DNA from: a virus
Strand: one strand, 5' to 3'
Length of the DNA: 64,000 bases
IMG/VR virus record: IMGVR_UViG_3300028800_000002
Location: 32,001-96,000 of that record
A program made the position numbers and the translations under genes. Each line of letters opens with the position of its first letter. The first letter of the stretch is position 1. Positions 9,129 through 19,425 of this stretch are shown piece after piece. The notes beneath the pieces are model-generated. The model made no database searches and was not told the DNA's origin. It saw nothing but the letters and a program-made list of their open reading frames with translations.

Positions 9129-9203
9129 CTTATCTTAGTGATTCGCGCAAATGCTATGGACTCAAAATACTTATGCCCGAACCCTGTCTGGAATTGAGGA
9201 GCT

Positions 9204-9235
9204 AAAAAGAAGAACCAGCTTGTGGCTAGTTCTTC
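9204..9235 (-). terminator. Intrinsic terminator of the lipoprotein gene
   Basis: GAAGAAC..GTTCTTC stem followed by T5 on the - strand, 11 nt after the stop at 9247. Confidence 0.8.
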
Positions 9236-9246
9236 CTCTGGTGCAG

Positions 9247-10080
9247 TTAGCAAGATACCGCTCCATGCGCTCCGTAGTACTCCGTGCAACAACTGGTTTG
9301 ACAGTTAGCGCAGGATGCATGCAATGGATCGATCTCGCAACTGCCTCCCCATGCATAGCAGGCGCTTATGCATGCGTTGTACTCGGCTTCCACCAACGTG
9401 GATCCGCCAGTACCCTGGCTCGCTCCACCCGTTGATGATTTTCCACCGGTTGTCAGTGCACCACCAGTGCCTTGGTTTCCACCAGTAGTTGATGCGCCGC
9501 CAGTATTAGATGCTCCTCCAGTGCCTGCGTCAGGGCAGCCATAGGTGTTTAGGCAGATTTGGTAGTCTGCGGGGTTTCCGATAAGTCCTTCGCAGCCCTG
9601 CTTGGCAACGTCCAAGCATGTGGCATTTCCGCCAGTGCCCAGGGCACCGCCAGTCCCAAAAGAACCTCCAGTGGTTTTTGCTCCACCCGTCCCTTGGTTA
9701 GACTTGCCTCCAGTGGCAGGTGTTCCGCCAGTAGCCGGTGAGCCACCAGTAGTTTTTGTGCCACCTGTTGCCTGTGTGGTGCTAATTGAACTGGAACCTC
9801 CTGTTGCCTGCTGCCCGCCTGTGGTCGGTAGCGTTGTAGCTTCCCATGTATTTCCACCGGTGGATGAGGCGGTTGATGTCGGCGCGTTAGTTGAACCACC
9901 GGTAATGGTCTGAGATGTGTTTGATGATCCGCCTGTTGCATCTGGTTGAGTTGTAGTTTGTACTGCCGACATCCCTGCTACGTTGTCTATTACGGAGGGA
10001 GGTGGGGCTGCCACATCAACGTTGCCGCAGGCAGCCATAGCCATGGACAGCAGTAAACCTTCGAGGAATTTAGTAGTCAT
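9247..10080 (-). CDS. Gly/Thr-rich, Cys-rich lipoprotein (myxobacterial style)
   Basis: Lipobox MAMAA-C; 20 xTGG repeats; a 4-Cys block and an 8-Cys C-terminal block; own SD, promoter motif and terminator. Confidence 0.8.
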   Translation of the reverse strand: MTTKFLEGLLLSMAMAACGNVDVAAPPPSVIDNVAGMSAVQTTTQPDATGGSSNTSQTITGGSTNAPTSTASSTGGNTWEATTLPTTGGQQATGGSSSISTTQATGGTKTTGGSPATGGTPATGGKSNQGTGGAKTTGGSFGTGGALGTGGNATCLDVAKQGCEGLIGNPADYQICLNTYGCPDAGTGGASNTGGASTTGGNQGTGGALTTGGKSSTGGASQGTGGSTLVEAEYNACISACYAWGGSCEIDPLHASCANCQTSCCTEYYGAHGAVSC

Positions 10081-10084
10081 AGTG

Positions 10085-10117
10085 TTCTCCTTCTACCTTT
10101 CTTATTCCCGAATTTTC
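10085..10117 (-). promoter_or_regulatory. Phage promoter/RBS element, copy 1
   Basis: Reads GAAAATTCGGGAATAAGAAAGGTAGAAGGAGAA on the - strand; 30 of 33 positions match 54015-54046. Confidence 0.7.
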
Positions 10118-10151
10118 GGTGTTCTTACATGCTATGCTATGTCTAAGCACA

Positions 10152-13100
10152 ATGGCCGTTTTCGATTTGCAGGTGTTTTTACAAGAACGATTGCGCGCGT
10201 TTGACGAGAACATGGATGTCTCGTCAGGGTCCCCCGCGGACACGCAGGTAATCCAACCTATAATGAGGCGACTTGGGACTGACCCATTTACTGTAGATTC
10301 GGCCACGTTCATTACGTCGCGTTTGCAGCAAGCCTTCCCAGAAATGTCCACCGAAGAGGGGGACGCGCTCACAGACATGTTGGTGAAACCTAGTGTTCTG
10401 ATCCTTGATCCATTCGTACGGGAGGTATTCAGGATACGTAATGGCCAAAGCTTCAAGGATCCCACTATCCTTACAACGGATGAAGCAGATGCACTGGGGG
10501 CAAACCTCTTCAGCACTCGAGAGTTAGGGGATTTTGCTAGGGGCACCGGGCGCGTGTACTTTTCTCAGCCAAGGACAGTTTCGGTCACACCCGCCAACTT
10601 CTTCACTTCGAAGGGAGGCTTGCATTTCTTTCCTGACGGGAAGCAGGACATCACTGTGGAGGAGATGCTTCTCAATGTTGACGGAAGCCTTTACTACTTC
10701 GACATCAATGCCATCGCTGAGCAGGCTGGTACGTCGTACAACATCGATCCACGAGAACTTGTCAACATCGCCAATTTGGAGGGCACCGCGAAGGTCACGA
10801 ACCTTAGGCGCTTTGCATCTGGCAACTCGGCAGAGACCGCTGTGGAATTTGCTGGGCGTGCGCAGCAGGAGCTCACAGAGCGCTCCATGGTCACCTTGCG
10901 TGGCATAGGTGCTCAGATCCCTAAGGCATTTGCAGAGGTGACTCGCTTGGCCGTTGTGGGTTTTGGTGATCCGGAGATGCAGCGTGATGTCCTACGTGGC
11001 GGTGGCTTGGGTAATCTACTGGCTGGTGGGACTCTGGGCAAAACGGTTTTGGACGGCATCAACAAGGCTAACACCCGTCGATTTGCCGTGGATGACGTAG
11101 GCATTGACTTCACCGCACTGGTAGATTCCAACAACGCCAGCGCCTACGTGTTGACGGTCATGTTCGCGTTTGATGGTACGCCACTGATTCGTGATCTTCC
11201 TATTTTGAAGGTCATTGACTCGGTAACCTTGGATGTCGTTGATCAAGCATTTCTCCCTTACTACACGCAGCGCCCTTGGACTTTGAGAAAGCAAGAGCTG
11301 ACACTAAGTGGCATCCCAGGGGGTATTCTCTTCCCCGACACAGCGGCAGGTACCGTGTCCATCCCGGACAATGAAGTTCATGTTGGCGGGCATTACGACG
11401 TGTCGGTGCGCGGCAGCTCTTTTGACAGTTCCAGTCTAGTATTGGACAACATCACAGATGCTGATCCAGCAGCGGCTGGTGTCTCTTTGGTGTTTGTGTC
11501 GGATAGCGTAGTGCAGTTGAATGACTTGATTCTTGGGAATTCTCCGGGTGACAACTACGCTATAGGGGATGACACCTACTTGGCGTTGTACTACGCGCAG
11601 CAGTATGGGTACACTCTGCAAATTCTCGATGGAATTGCTGCAGGAGACTACCGAGTGACTGCACAAGTGCAGCTGTTTGGAGCTTCTCCCCAACTCACTA
11701 TTTCTCCAGCGGTTACCGACGCTGTGGCAGCTGCCGTATCAATACCCCCTGGGATTCCTGCTCGTTGGAGACTGGTGGATACGATTGATATTGATCTGAC
11801 AGAGCCTAAGGACACTAGGATTTCAGGTACTGACCTGCGGACGCTGCAGAACTCTGATACGGTTAGCACAGGGACAGCCGTCAATTTCGCAGCTTTGGGA
11901 GTTAGCGTCGGAGATACGCTGCGGGTGTTCGAGGGTCTCAGCAAGGGGGACTACAGTGTCAAGTCGTTTCCAACCTTCGACGCAATCAAGGTTGATCGCG
12001 CACTTGCTGCCACGGAACTCGGTATTGAGTACTCCATATTCAAGGCTAATACCGCGGGTGGTTTGCAGTTGCCCTTGATCCGTATAAGTCAGCTAGAGCT
12101 GTTGGACACCGCGGGGCAGCCAGTTGGCTCCATCATTCCGTACGCAAACCCAGTTGATATTCAAAGCCGTGCCTTTGAGAACCCTGGCCGTGGGGTGAAA
12201 AAAGATTTGCCGAATGCAACGCTAGGTCTTGTCTCGGTGCCCATAACTACTTTTGGGCTGCCGTTGGGACTGCAGACTTTGGTGATCTCATTTTCCGATA
12301 CGTCTACCTCGGTGATAGTGACGTTTGGTGGAACTTTTGGCTCGATGTTGTCTGCACAGCAAATAGTGGACTACATCAATGATCAGGCCGCCATTTCCAT
12401 TGGGGTGAATACGACGTTGGCAGTGCTTTTGCAGTACCAAGGGGATTACTATGTTGGGTTGGTTCCGCTCGATGTCAGTATGTACGTAGGACCTTGCTCA
12501 GCGCAGCCCATCTTGTTTGGTGGTGACGTGATGTATCGGGTTGGTGATGTTCGTGCGGATGGGATCATCTGGAACGACCCTACCTTGTCCATTTCATCGG
12601 ATAATCTTGACGTGGTGCAAGTACTTGATGGGGTACAGCCTGGTTTCTATGGGAACTTGAATCCGACGGACACAGTTTTAGTGTCATCTGGATCGGGGTT
12701 TGCCCCGGAGCTTGGGCGGCACATCAAAGTTGGATCCCGTTCTTTGGGCGGAGCTAGGTGCTACTTCTTGTCTCCAACAAGTATCGAATTTGGTGCTAAT
12801 TCCGTCTTCGAAGTGACGCTCTCTAGTGGGGCCATACTCAAGTACTTGCCGGATCCAACCTTGGGCGCTGTGCGGGTTCCTCCTTACCCAACAACCACAT
12901 ACCCAAGCGATGGCAGCGTAGCTGCGAGTTCCTACAGCTTTTATGCTTCCTACAATTTCGCTCAAGAGTCCACGATTCCTGGAGACATACTGACATTGCT
13001 CTATGTACCCATCGTTGGGACCACTTCTGTGGCTTCGATCATTGCGGGGTTGGTGGGGAAGTCACTTGTAGTATCTGTGGCTGGCAGCGCTGATCAGGTG

Positions 13101-14129
13101 ATCGTGTTTGGGCATGATAAGGCTAATAACGCGGACGATGTCCTGCGCGAGGAGTTGGTTGGTCAGATCAATACTGCAGTGGGCAAGCAGATCGCAAGCT
13201 TGTCGGCCACGAATTACCTCACCTTCATAGGAGACGTCAGCATTGTAGTTCGTGGCACAGGGACAGCCAACGGTCTTTTGGGTTACCCATTATCGGATTC
13301 ACCTAACAATTCCTTCAATGTGGGTGACAACGGGGTTTATACGATCACGTCTGTCAGCGACGGCGCCTTGCTGGTTACTCCTGCCTTTACCTATTCGGAG
13401 TCGAGCGTAAAGTACCAGATCAGTCGCCCGGGAACGCAGCGTTGTAGTTCCACGCAGATGAGTGCCAATACATCCGCAGCTGGTCTTTACTACTTTGACG
13501 TCGAGTTGGTGAGTGAAGGAACTGGCGATCAATACAACATCGACAGTAACGTGCAGCTACATGCCAGGGGATACCGCAGCGATGGGTACTACCTGACAAC
13601 CGAGGATTCGAATTTGACGTTCTCAGTTACAGAGCGTCCGCATTTGCACGTGTCTAGATCGATTCTTGAGGTGGGTGTTTCGGATAAGCCATCTAATGCA
13701 ACTCAGCTCAGCGGGCAAAACTTGGAGGTTACTTACGACAGGTCCACCCTCACATCAGATGTACAGAACTTTGTACTTGCTGAGACGGAGCGCGTGGTCT
13801 GCTCGAATCCCCTGTCTAGGCACTTAGTTCCACATTTGGTGCGATTCGATCTCGAATACGTAGGGGGCTCAAGCGCCGATATCGTCTCAAACGATATCAC
13901 CACCTACGTGCAGAAATTATTCCCATCAGACTTCCTAGAGGTTGGGGCACTTGTGAACATAGCCTACCAGCGAGGGGCCACCGGGGTTATGAACCCAATC
14001 GACCTGATAGCCATCGTGCACAATTACGACAGGACCGTTCAAGCGCAGCGGTCGCAGAATGCCCTCAATACTGGGAGATTGGCAGCCTTCATGGTTGACG
14101 TGATCAATGTGAATCGCCGTTCGAGTTGA
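10152..14129 (+). CDS. Large baseplate wedge protein (baseplate-J/gp6-like)
   Basis: EEGDALTDMLVKP, ARGTGRVYFS, GTSYNID, AETAVEFAGRAQQELTERS resemble the baseplate-J N-terminus; long beta-rich insertions. Start at MAVFDL. Confidence 0.75.
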   Translation: MAVFDLQVFLQERLRAFDENMDVSSGSPADTQVIQPIMRRLGTDPFTVDSATFITSRLQQAFPEMSTEEGDALTDMLVKPSVLILDPFVREVFRIRNGQSFKDPTILTTDEADALGANLFSTRELGDFARGTGRVYFSQPRTVSVTPANFFTSKGGLHFFPDGKQDITVEEMLLNVDGSLYYFDINAIAEQAGTSYNIDPRELVNIANLEGTAKVTNLRRFASGNSAETAVEFAGRAQQELTERSMVTLRGIGAQIPKAFAEVTRLAVVGFGDPEMQRDVLRGGGLGNLLAGGTLGKTVLDGINKANTRRFAVDDVGIDFTALVDSNNASAYVLTVMFAFDGTPLIRDLPILKVIDSVTLDVVDQAFLPYYTQRPWTLRKQELTLSGIPGGILFPDTAAGTVSIPDNEVHVGGHYDVSVRGSSFDSSSLVLDNITDADPAAAGVSLVFVSDSVVQLNDLILGNSPGDNYAIGDDTYLALYYAQQYGYTLQILDGIAAGDYRVTAQVQLFGASPQLTISPAVTDAVAAAVSIPPGIPARWRLVDTIDIDLTEPKDTRISGTDLRTLQNSDTVSTGTAVNFAALGVSVGDTLRVFEGLSKGDYSVKSFPTFDAIKVDRALAATELGIEYSIFKANTAGGLQLPLIRISQLELLDTAGQPVGSIIPYANPVDIQSRAFENPGRGVKKDLPNATLGLVSVPITTFGLPLGLQTLVISFSDTSTSVIVTFGGTFGSMLSAQQIVDYINDQAAISIGVNTTLAVLLQYQGDYYVGLVPLDVSMYVGPCSAQPILFGGDVMYRVGDVRADGIIWNDPTLSISSDNLDVVQVLDGVQPGFYGNLNPTDTVLVSSGSGFAPELGRHIKVGSRSLGGARCYFLSPTSIEFGANSVFEVTLSSGAILKYLPDPTLGAVRVPPYPTTTYPSDGSVAASSYSFYASYNFAQESTIPGDILTLLYVPIVGTTSVASIIAGLVGKSLVVSVAGSADQVIVFGHDKANNADDVLREELVGQINTAVGKQIASLSATNYLTFIGDVSIVVRGTGTANGLLGYPLSDSPNNSFNVGDNGVYTITSVSDGALLVTPAFTYSESSVKYQISRPGTQRCSSTQMSANTSAAGLYYFDVELVSEGTGDQYNIDSNVQLHARGYRSDGYYLTTEDSNLTFSVTERPHLHVSRSILEVGVSDKPSNATQLSGQNLEVTYDRSTLTSDVQNFVLAETERVVCSNPLSRHLVPHLVRFDLEYVGGSSADIVSNDITTYVQKLFPSDFLEVGALVNIAYQRGATGVMNPIDLIAIVHNYDRTVQAQRSQNALNTGRLAAFMVDVINVNRRSS

Positions 14130-14457
14130 TGATGGGTATGCTCCCATAGCGGGCGATGTTCGGGTCTCCCCGTTCTACGGTCATGCCATCGAATGGGTTC
14201 ATGGTGCGTCCGCAGGCGTGGCACTTCATCAAACTGCGAGGGATGAGCCAATTCTCGTCTGCAAATGCAAAGGTCGTTCCGCCGAATGACTTCTCCATGG
14301 TGGGCCCGCAGCCGTTCGGGCAATAGCGGTGCTGTCGGTAAAGAGCCTCTGCCTTCACGCTTTCTGGGGATAGGAGGTCTGGGATGCCTTCAATTGCCTT
14401 GAGAGCCACTGCAGGATCCAGTGGAATGAACGCGAGGGGTATGCCGTTGCCTGCCAT
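14104..14457 (-). CDS. Small Zn-finger protein, antisense within the tail module
   Basis: CPNGC and CHAC pairs; TACACT 6 nt before the ATG. Confidence 0.65.
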   Translation of the reverse strand: MAGNGIPLAFIPLDPAVALKAIEGIPDLLSPESVKAEALYRQHRYCPNGCGPTMEKSFGGTTFAFADENWLIPRSLMKCHACGRTMNPFDGMTVERGDPNIARYGSIPIINSNGDSH

Positions 14458-14537
14458 GCTGCTAGTGTAATTGCGCTTTGGAAGTCGGCAATGCTGGCGT
14501 TTAGGTCGGTGTTCCAGTAGCCTGGTACAATCAATTT

Positions 14538-15443
14538 ATGTCAGCAACTGCATTGCTCAAATTCTCGCAGGGGTCCGTGGTTGGTGGTGCCGGTGAGGCT
14601 TTGATTGTCGGTTTGGGCACGTCGGTGAATTTGACAAATGCCGATAACTCCGACGTTCGGTCATGGCAGTTGGACCTTGTGTCCGTGGATCCCACGAGTG
14701 CTTTTTCTCCGTCAGCGCCTTACGCATACAACAACAACGGGAATGTTCCGTCATTGAGCATTACACCTGATGTGCGCGGGAGTTACCGGTGGGTATTGAA
14801 GGTATGGAATCTAGCGAACAGGCCGGGAGATCCCGTAGACGTCGACATCCGTAATTTCGCGGTTCCAGAGCTGAACGGCTTTATTGTACTTCCTCAGCAG
14901 TTATTCCCAATACCACTTCCTGATCCACGCTCAGGACTCCCAGGTGCGAAGCCCAACGAATTGAACTTCGGCAACCAGTTGAATGGATTTGCCGGTGATG
15001 GCAATAGCGATGGATTGATGAATCGTCTGATTCGTTCTGTGGATGGTAGCAGGGTTTGGCCTTTTCAGGTTGATACGACCACAGCGGGACCTCATGAGCT
15101 GTGCCGCGTAGATACTTCGAAGTGGCCGCAGAACTGTTACGTACGTGCAGTGTTTGACGTGATCGTTGATAACGCAGCTGGAAACAACGTTGGCTACTTC
15201 GACAGAACTAGCATCTACCGAAGGGTTGCCGGTTCGTTGACCCATTTGGCTACTGGCGAGCGTATTTTTGCGAATGTACCAGCGGATGACGGGGCCTTAT
15301 CGTTGAATACTTCGCACGTGATCAAAGCTACGGCGGACTCCGGCAGGTACATTGTGCTAACAGGGACACCAAGTGGCGCTACTTCCCCGGAGCTGGACCT
15401 AGTCTGGAAGGTCTCTGCTCAGTTCTACCTCTCCATCAGGTAA
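14538..15443 (+). CDS. Tail/baseplate-associated protein with PKD/Ig-like N-terminus
   Basis: SWQLDLV...PSLSITPDVRGSYRWVLKV resembles PKD/K319-like repeats; structural context. Confidence 0.6.
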   Translation: MSATALLKFSQGSVVGGAGEALIVGLGTSVNLTNADNSDVRSWQLDLVSVDPTSAFSPSAPYAYNNNGNVPSLSITPDVRGSYRWVLKVWNLANRPGDPVDVDIRNFAVPELNGFIVLPQQLFPIPLPDPRSGLPGAKPNELNFGNQLNGFAGDGNSDGLMNRLIRSVDGSRVWPFQVDTTTAGPHELCRVDTSKWPQNCYVRAVFDVIVDNAAGNNVGYFDRTSIYRRVAGSLTHLATGERIFANVPADDGALSLNTSHVIKATADSGRYIVLTGTPSGATSPELDLVWKVSAQFYLSIR

Positions 15444-15476
15444 ATCCATGCCCGTACACAAGCTAATAGGTGCCGT

Positions 15477-18400
15477 ATGAGCGGCGGTTGGGGCTCTAAC
15501 TGGGGTCAGTACTGGGGAGGCTTTTTACTTCCTTCTAGCATTGTTCCGCCCACACCGGTCGCTTGCGCGCTGGAGTTCAATGTCTACTGCTTTTGCGAGT
15601 CGGACAACATGGGTGACATACTGACGGATTCCAATATCTCCGTCGTCAACCCAGCCCGCTTTCAGATCACTGACAATAACTACTTACATGTATCCAGCTC
15701 AGCGACTAACTCCAGCACTTCCGATGCTTTCTTGAATATCGACTACGCAGTACCTGCTACGCGTACGCAGCGCATCGACGCCATCTTCCATGACATACCG
15801 CCTAGTTTTTCAAGTATCACCACGTCCCACATTTACTTTGGGTCAGTGGATGAGACAGGCTTTGCTGCTGGATTGTTTATTTCGGCGACCGGATTGGCCT
15901 ACGCCGGAGGAGTAAACCTAGATAGTTCGCATGTTATTCACATTGGCGGGGCTTTTCAGATCATCCCTGGGACCGCTGGTTTGGTGCAGCCAGATGTACT
16001 TTACCGGTTTCAGATCGCGGTGGACGCTACGACAGCCACCGTCTACATTTTCATTGCTCAGCCGCCATCCCCCACGGAATATGACACGCCCCTAACTTTG
16101 GTCGCAATTCTTCCCGGGATAGCAAACGATGGTTTTGCCACGGATGGAGCTGCAGTAAGCGTCTGCGGTACGCAAGTGCATCCCTCTAGCGTTTACTTCA
16201 CGACGGTGTGCTTAGCCAATGGGTTGCTGCTGCAAGTCCCTCCCCCTATATCCAACGCCGGCAAAGACCAATCGTTGCGTACTTGTTCTATTGGGATGTT
16301 GGACGGTTCTTCTAGTTACGATCCGGAGGGAGGAACACTGGCGTTCAGCTGGCGTCTTGTAGATGCCCCTATTGGAAGCTCATTTGAGTTCGAAGGGTCT
16401 GATGGCTACACCGTTCCAGTGTCACCTCCCAATGGGTATACCGACAAATTCCATTCTTCCGAACTTGGTGCAGCCGCCGAGCTTGACCCGGTAGTCGTTG
16501 GCGACGTGCTTGTGTTTAGCATGCAGACGAGTCTTCCTGGGGTAACTCCCATTACGTACTTGGCCCCAGTCAGCGTACGAGAGACTGGAGTTGACGACTT
16601 AGGTTATTACGTGCAGCTCAATGACAATGTGCTTGTGGACTCATTAGTGGGGGCACATTTCAAGTTGTTGCGGCAACGGTTCTTGACTGGCGCCACCACC
16701 ATAAAGCCCACTTTTTATCCAGACATTCCTGGCCTTTACAAGTTCGACCTAGTGGTGTTCAACGGAAAGTACCTAAGCGAGACGTCGTATGTGGTCACCA
16801 ACGTTCTTGAGAGTCAGGTTCCCAAAGGGTGCACGCCCGACTTGAGTTTTGTCTGGCAGTACTTGAGCGACTTCTGGAAGCTCGTCGAGGATCGAGAGCG
16901 AATCCAGGTGTTTTGGGAAAGCATGGCCCAAGTGGTCGCTGCAGAGATGTTGACTCTTTGGCAGGTCGACTACTCGAAGAGTCTGCGTGATATTCAACGT
17001 ACGTTTCAACGCCGTTGGCTGCATTACGATTTGAGGCTTCCAGAGCCTGTACCTGACTTGACCGTAATTCGAGAATGCTTTGGGAGTGTCGATAGCTCCG
17101 TGGTCATATCAACCCCCATTGTTGGGGTGCACGGCACAGTGTTGGAAATTGTATCCCCTGCGCACGATCCAATTAGGATAGATTTCCCATTGGCGGATCC
17201 GTATTCAGCAACTGTCCTTCAGGGCATTTTACAGCGCAAGTTGCAGTGGGTGCACCCAGGCTACAACGTGTCGGTTGTTGACTCTGGGGTACTTCGGATC
17301 ACAGCATCAATCACATTTCAGGTTGGGACTGCTACGACGATTCCGTGCTTCACAATAGGCGACAGGAACCTTCCGATGTCAGGCACGCATGGAGTTCGTG
17401 TCGCTGCCCGGATATACTTGGTAGATCGTAGTCTTCAGGGGTTGGACATTCGTCTACATGACCTGCTTGCCATAGGTGGGGAAAGCTACAGGATTGTTCG
17501 TGTTATCGACGACAGCACCGACGTGCATAGGTTTCAGCGCATCATTGTAGAGTCCGATTTGCCTCTTCTTCCAGGCGTAGATTGGTCGTTACCGTCGCAC
17601 GTCACCAGCCGCCTCTTGGACTTCTACGACGGCCTGGTCACCGCCGGCGATACGGCCACTTTAGAACTGTTGGACGCAAACACCGACACTATGGCTCTGT
17701 TCGACGTGCCCGTTGTTGCTGCGTGCGCGGCGGAGGTCAATAAGCTTGCGGTGAACTTGGCATCGGTGGACTTGTACTTGTCCTCTACTGGATTCACAGC
17801 GAGGCTAGCCTACCTATTGCGAAGGACGAGGGTACCAGTAGGGAAACTTGTGGTCGATATCCCTTGCCTGCAGGAGTTCATCAGCGAGAAGTCCGATAGT
17901 GCCATCCTTAGGAGAAATGTCGATTACTACCTGGAGACGTTTCGTGGGCAGAACTCAGTCCGTTTTGTCGCCGGCAATGCAGGGGACGTAGGGGATGTTT
18001 GGGCTGGGAAAACTCCCCCGAGTCGAATGTGGGCCGAGGTCACTTACATAGACAACAGCCCAACTATTGAGGCTAACTTCGGCATACCTGCTCAGTTCAC
18101 GTTGGATCAGCTCGCTGAGTTGGACACCGATTTGGACTACTTGTCCGCCATCCAAGGCCTTTGGTATGCATACTTGAATGGCCCCACGATGTTCAACATG
18201 CGGGCAGGGGTGCAAATATTGCTGGGTCTTCCGTTTGCTGAGGAGCGCGGCATCATCGAGGAAATACAAGAGAGATTTTCAGTGGCCCAGGGCAGGATCC
18301 TTGTGCGAGATGTTGCCAACTCAGCTATTGTGCGCTCGTACACTTACCCAAGGACTTTGGATCTTGCAGTAAACCCAGCCACTGGTCTCCACTACGCGGT

Positions 18401-19397
18401 AGGGGACACCATCGCTCAACTGGCCCCCATGGTCTATGGATCTGATGTGATGGATTATGTAAAGAATCCCACTTGGTTTCAAGGTCTGTTGACGCAAGGA
18501 AACTTCCTTGAAGTGGAGAAGTTCCACAAGTTCATGGTCAGCGTGGATAGTTCAGTGTTTAGCCTCAGCTCTTTGATGTTCGTCATGAGTTTCATCATGC
18601 GAGTGAAGCCCACGTACACCCGCCCGATCTTCCTGGTCAAGAAGACGCAGGACATAGCCGATGTGAGCGTTACAGATGAGCTGGCATTCACGGGTCACTT
18701 GTACTTGAATGCTGGGCTTTGTGCGCCTAACTTCGGAGCGGTTCAGATGTTCGACGACTACAGCCCGGCGGCTTATGGCGTCAGGAACCAATTCGACGCG
18801 GATAGCGATCAGTCGACGCCACCCCCGATTTACCCGACTCCAGACTCCCACATCACTTGGGGATTTGACAAGATGTACTTGTGCCCCGTGGAAGAGGTTA
18901 CATTCTTGTGGTGTGTCAGCCATCCTGGTGGCGTCGTACCTTATGACGTCGGGTTCTCCTACGATGGTAAAGGGAATCGACCTTCCTACGTGTATACCGG
19001 AGTGTCAATCTCTGACGTGCCAATGTCCGGGTACCTTTTGTCTTCACAAGCTATCGCTAGTGCATCGAGCCCCATTACCTCGTTGCATCTGCGAATAGAG
19101 GGGGGCCTCTGGTTTGACTCAGGGGACTATAACCTTGTTGTTCTGGTGAACAGCGTCGATGTAGGTCATGTCGGGTTTGTAGTGGGTCCTGACGGGTATG
19201 TCGGCACAACAACCATTCCGGGTATTTCTGTCGCGCTAGGGGATACCATCGACGTGAGTATTATTCCAGGGAGCGGCTCCTCTGATAGAAGCCCGAATTG
19301 GGATTTTGTGAAGGTTACGCTGTACCAAGGTGAGGTTGTCTTTCAGTTTGACACTGGGTTACCCGCCGGTACGTACTGCTTTGAGAGAACGGCCTAG
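15477..19397 (+). CDS. Large baseplate/tail protein with lectin-like and PKD domains
   Basis: NAGKDQS...LDGSSSYDPEGGTLAFSW and PTFYPDIPGLYKFDLVV (PKD-like); YLSAIQGLWYAYLNGPT wedge-like segment. Confidence 0.7.
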   Translation: MSGGWGSNWGQYWGGFLLPSSIVPPTPVACALEFNVYCFCESDNMGDILTDSNISVVNPARFQITDNNYLHVSSSATNSSTSDAFLNIDYAVPATRTQRIDAIFHDIPPSFSSITTSHIYFGSVDETGFAAGLFISATGLAYAGGVNLDSSHVIHIGGAFQIIPGTAGLVQPDVLYRFQIAVDATTATVYIFIAQPPSPTEYDTPLTLVAILPGIANDGFATDGAAVSVCGTQVHPSSVYFTTVCLANGLLLQVPPPISNAGKDQSLRTCSIGMLDGSSSYDPEGGTLAFSWRLVDAPIGSSFEFEGSDGYTVPVSPPNGYTDKFHSSELGAAAELDPVVVGDVLVFSMQTSLPGVTPITYLAPVSVRETGVDDLGYYVQLNDNVLVDSLVGAHFKLLRQRFLTGATTIKPTFYPDIPGLYKFDLVVFNGKYLSETSYVVTNVLESQVPKGCTPDLSFVWQYLSDFWKLVEDRERIQVFWESMAQVVAAEMLTLWQVDYSKSLRDIQRTFQRRWLHYDLRLPEPVPDLTVIRECFGSVDSSVVISTPIVGVHGTVLEIVSPAHDPIRIDFPLADPYSATVLQGILQRKLQWVHPGYNVSVVDSGVLRITASITFQVGTATTIPCFTIGDRNLPMSGTHGVRVAARIYLVDRSLQGLDIRLHDLLAIGGESYRIVRVIDDSTDVHRFQRIIVESDLPLLPGVDWSLPSHVTSRLLDFYDGLVTAGDTATLELLDANTDTMALFDVPVVAACAAEVNKLAVNLASVDLYLSSTGFTARLAYLLRRTRVPVGKLVVDIPCLQEFISEKSDSAILRRNVDYYLETFRGQNSVRFVAGNAGDVGDVWAGKTPPSRMWAEVTYIDNSPTIEANFGIPAQFTLDQLAELDTDLDYLSAIQGLWYAYLNGPTMFNMRAGVQILLGLPFAEERGIIEEIQERFSVAQGRILVRDVANSAIVRSYTYPRTLDLAVNPATGLHYAVGDTIAQLAPMVYGSDVMDYVKNPTWFQGLLTQGNFLEVEKFHKFMVSVDSSVFSLSSLMFVMSFIMRVKPTYTRPIFLVKKTQDIADVSVTDELAFTGHLYLNAGLCAPNFGAVQMFDDYSPAAYGVRNQFDADSDQSTPPPIYPTPDSHITWGFDKMYLCPVEEVTFLWCVSHPGGVVPYDVGFSYDGKGNRPSYVYTGVSISDVPMSGYLLSSQAIASASSPITSLHLRIEGGLWFDSGDYNLVVLVNSVDVGHVGFVVGPDGYVGTTTIPGISVALGDTIDVSIIPGSGSSDRSPNWDFVKVTLYQGEVVFQFDTGLPAGTYCFERTA

Positions 19398-19425
19398 ATC
19401 ACGTGCTAGAATTGCTGGAAATACA

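Noticed and set aside
9549-9941. Pro/Val-rich ORFs overlapping the lipoprotein gene
   Set aside because: Shadow frames of the TGG-repeat coding sequence; no independent signals.
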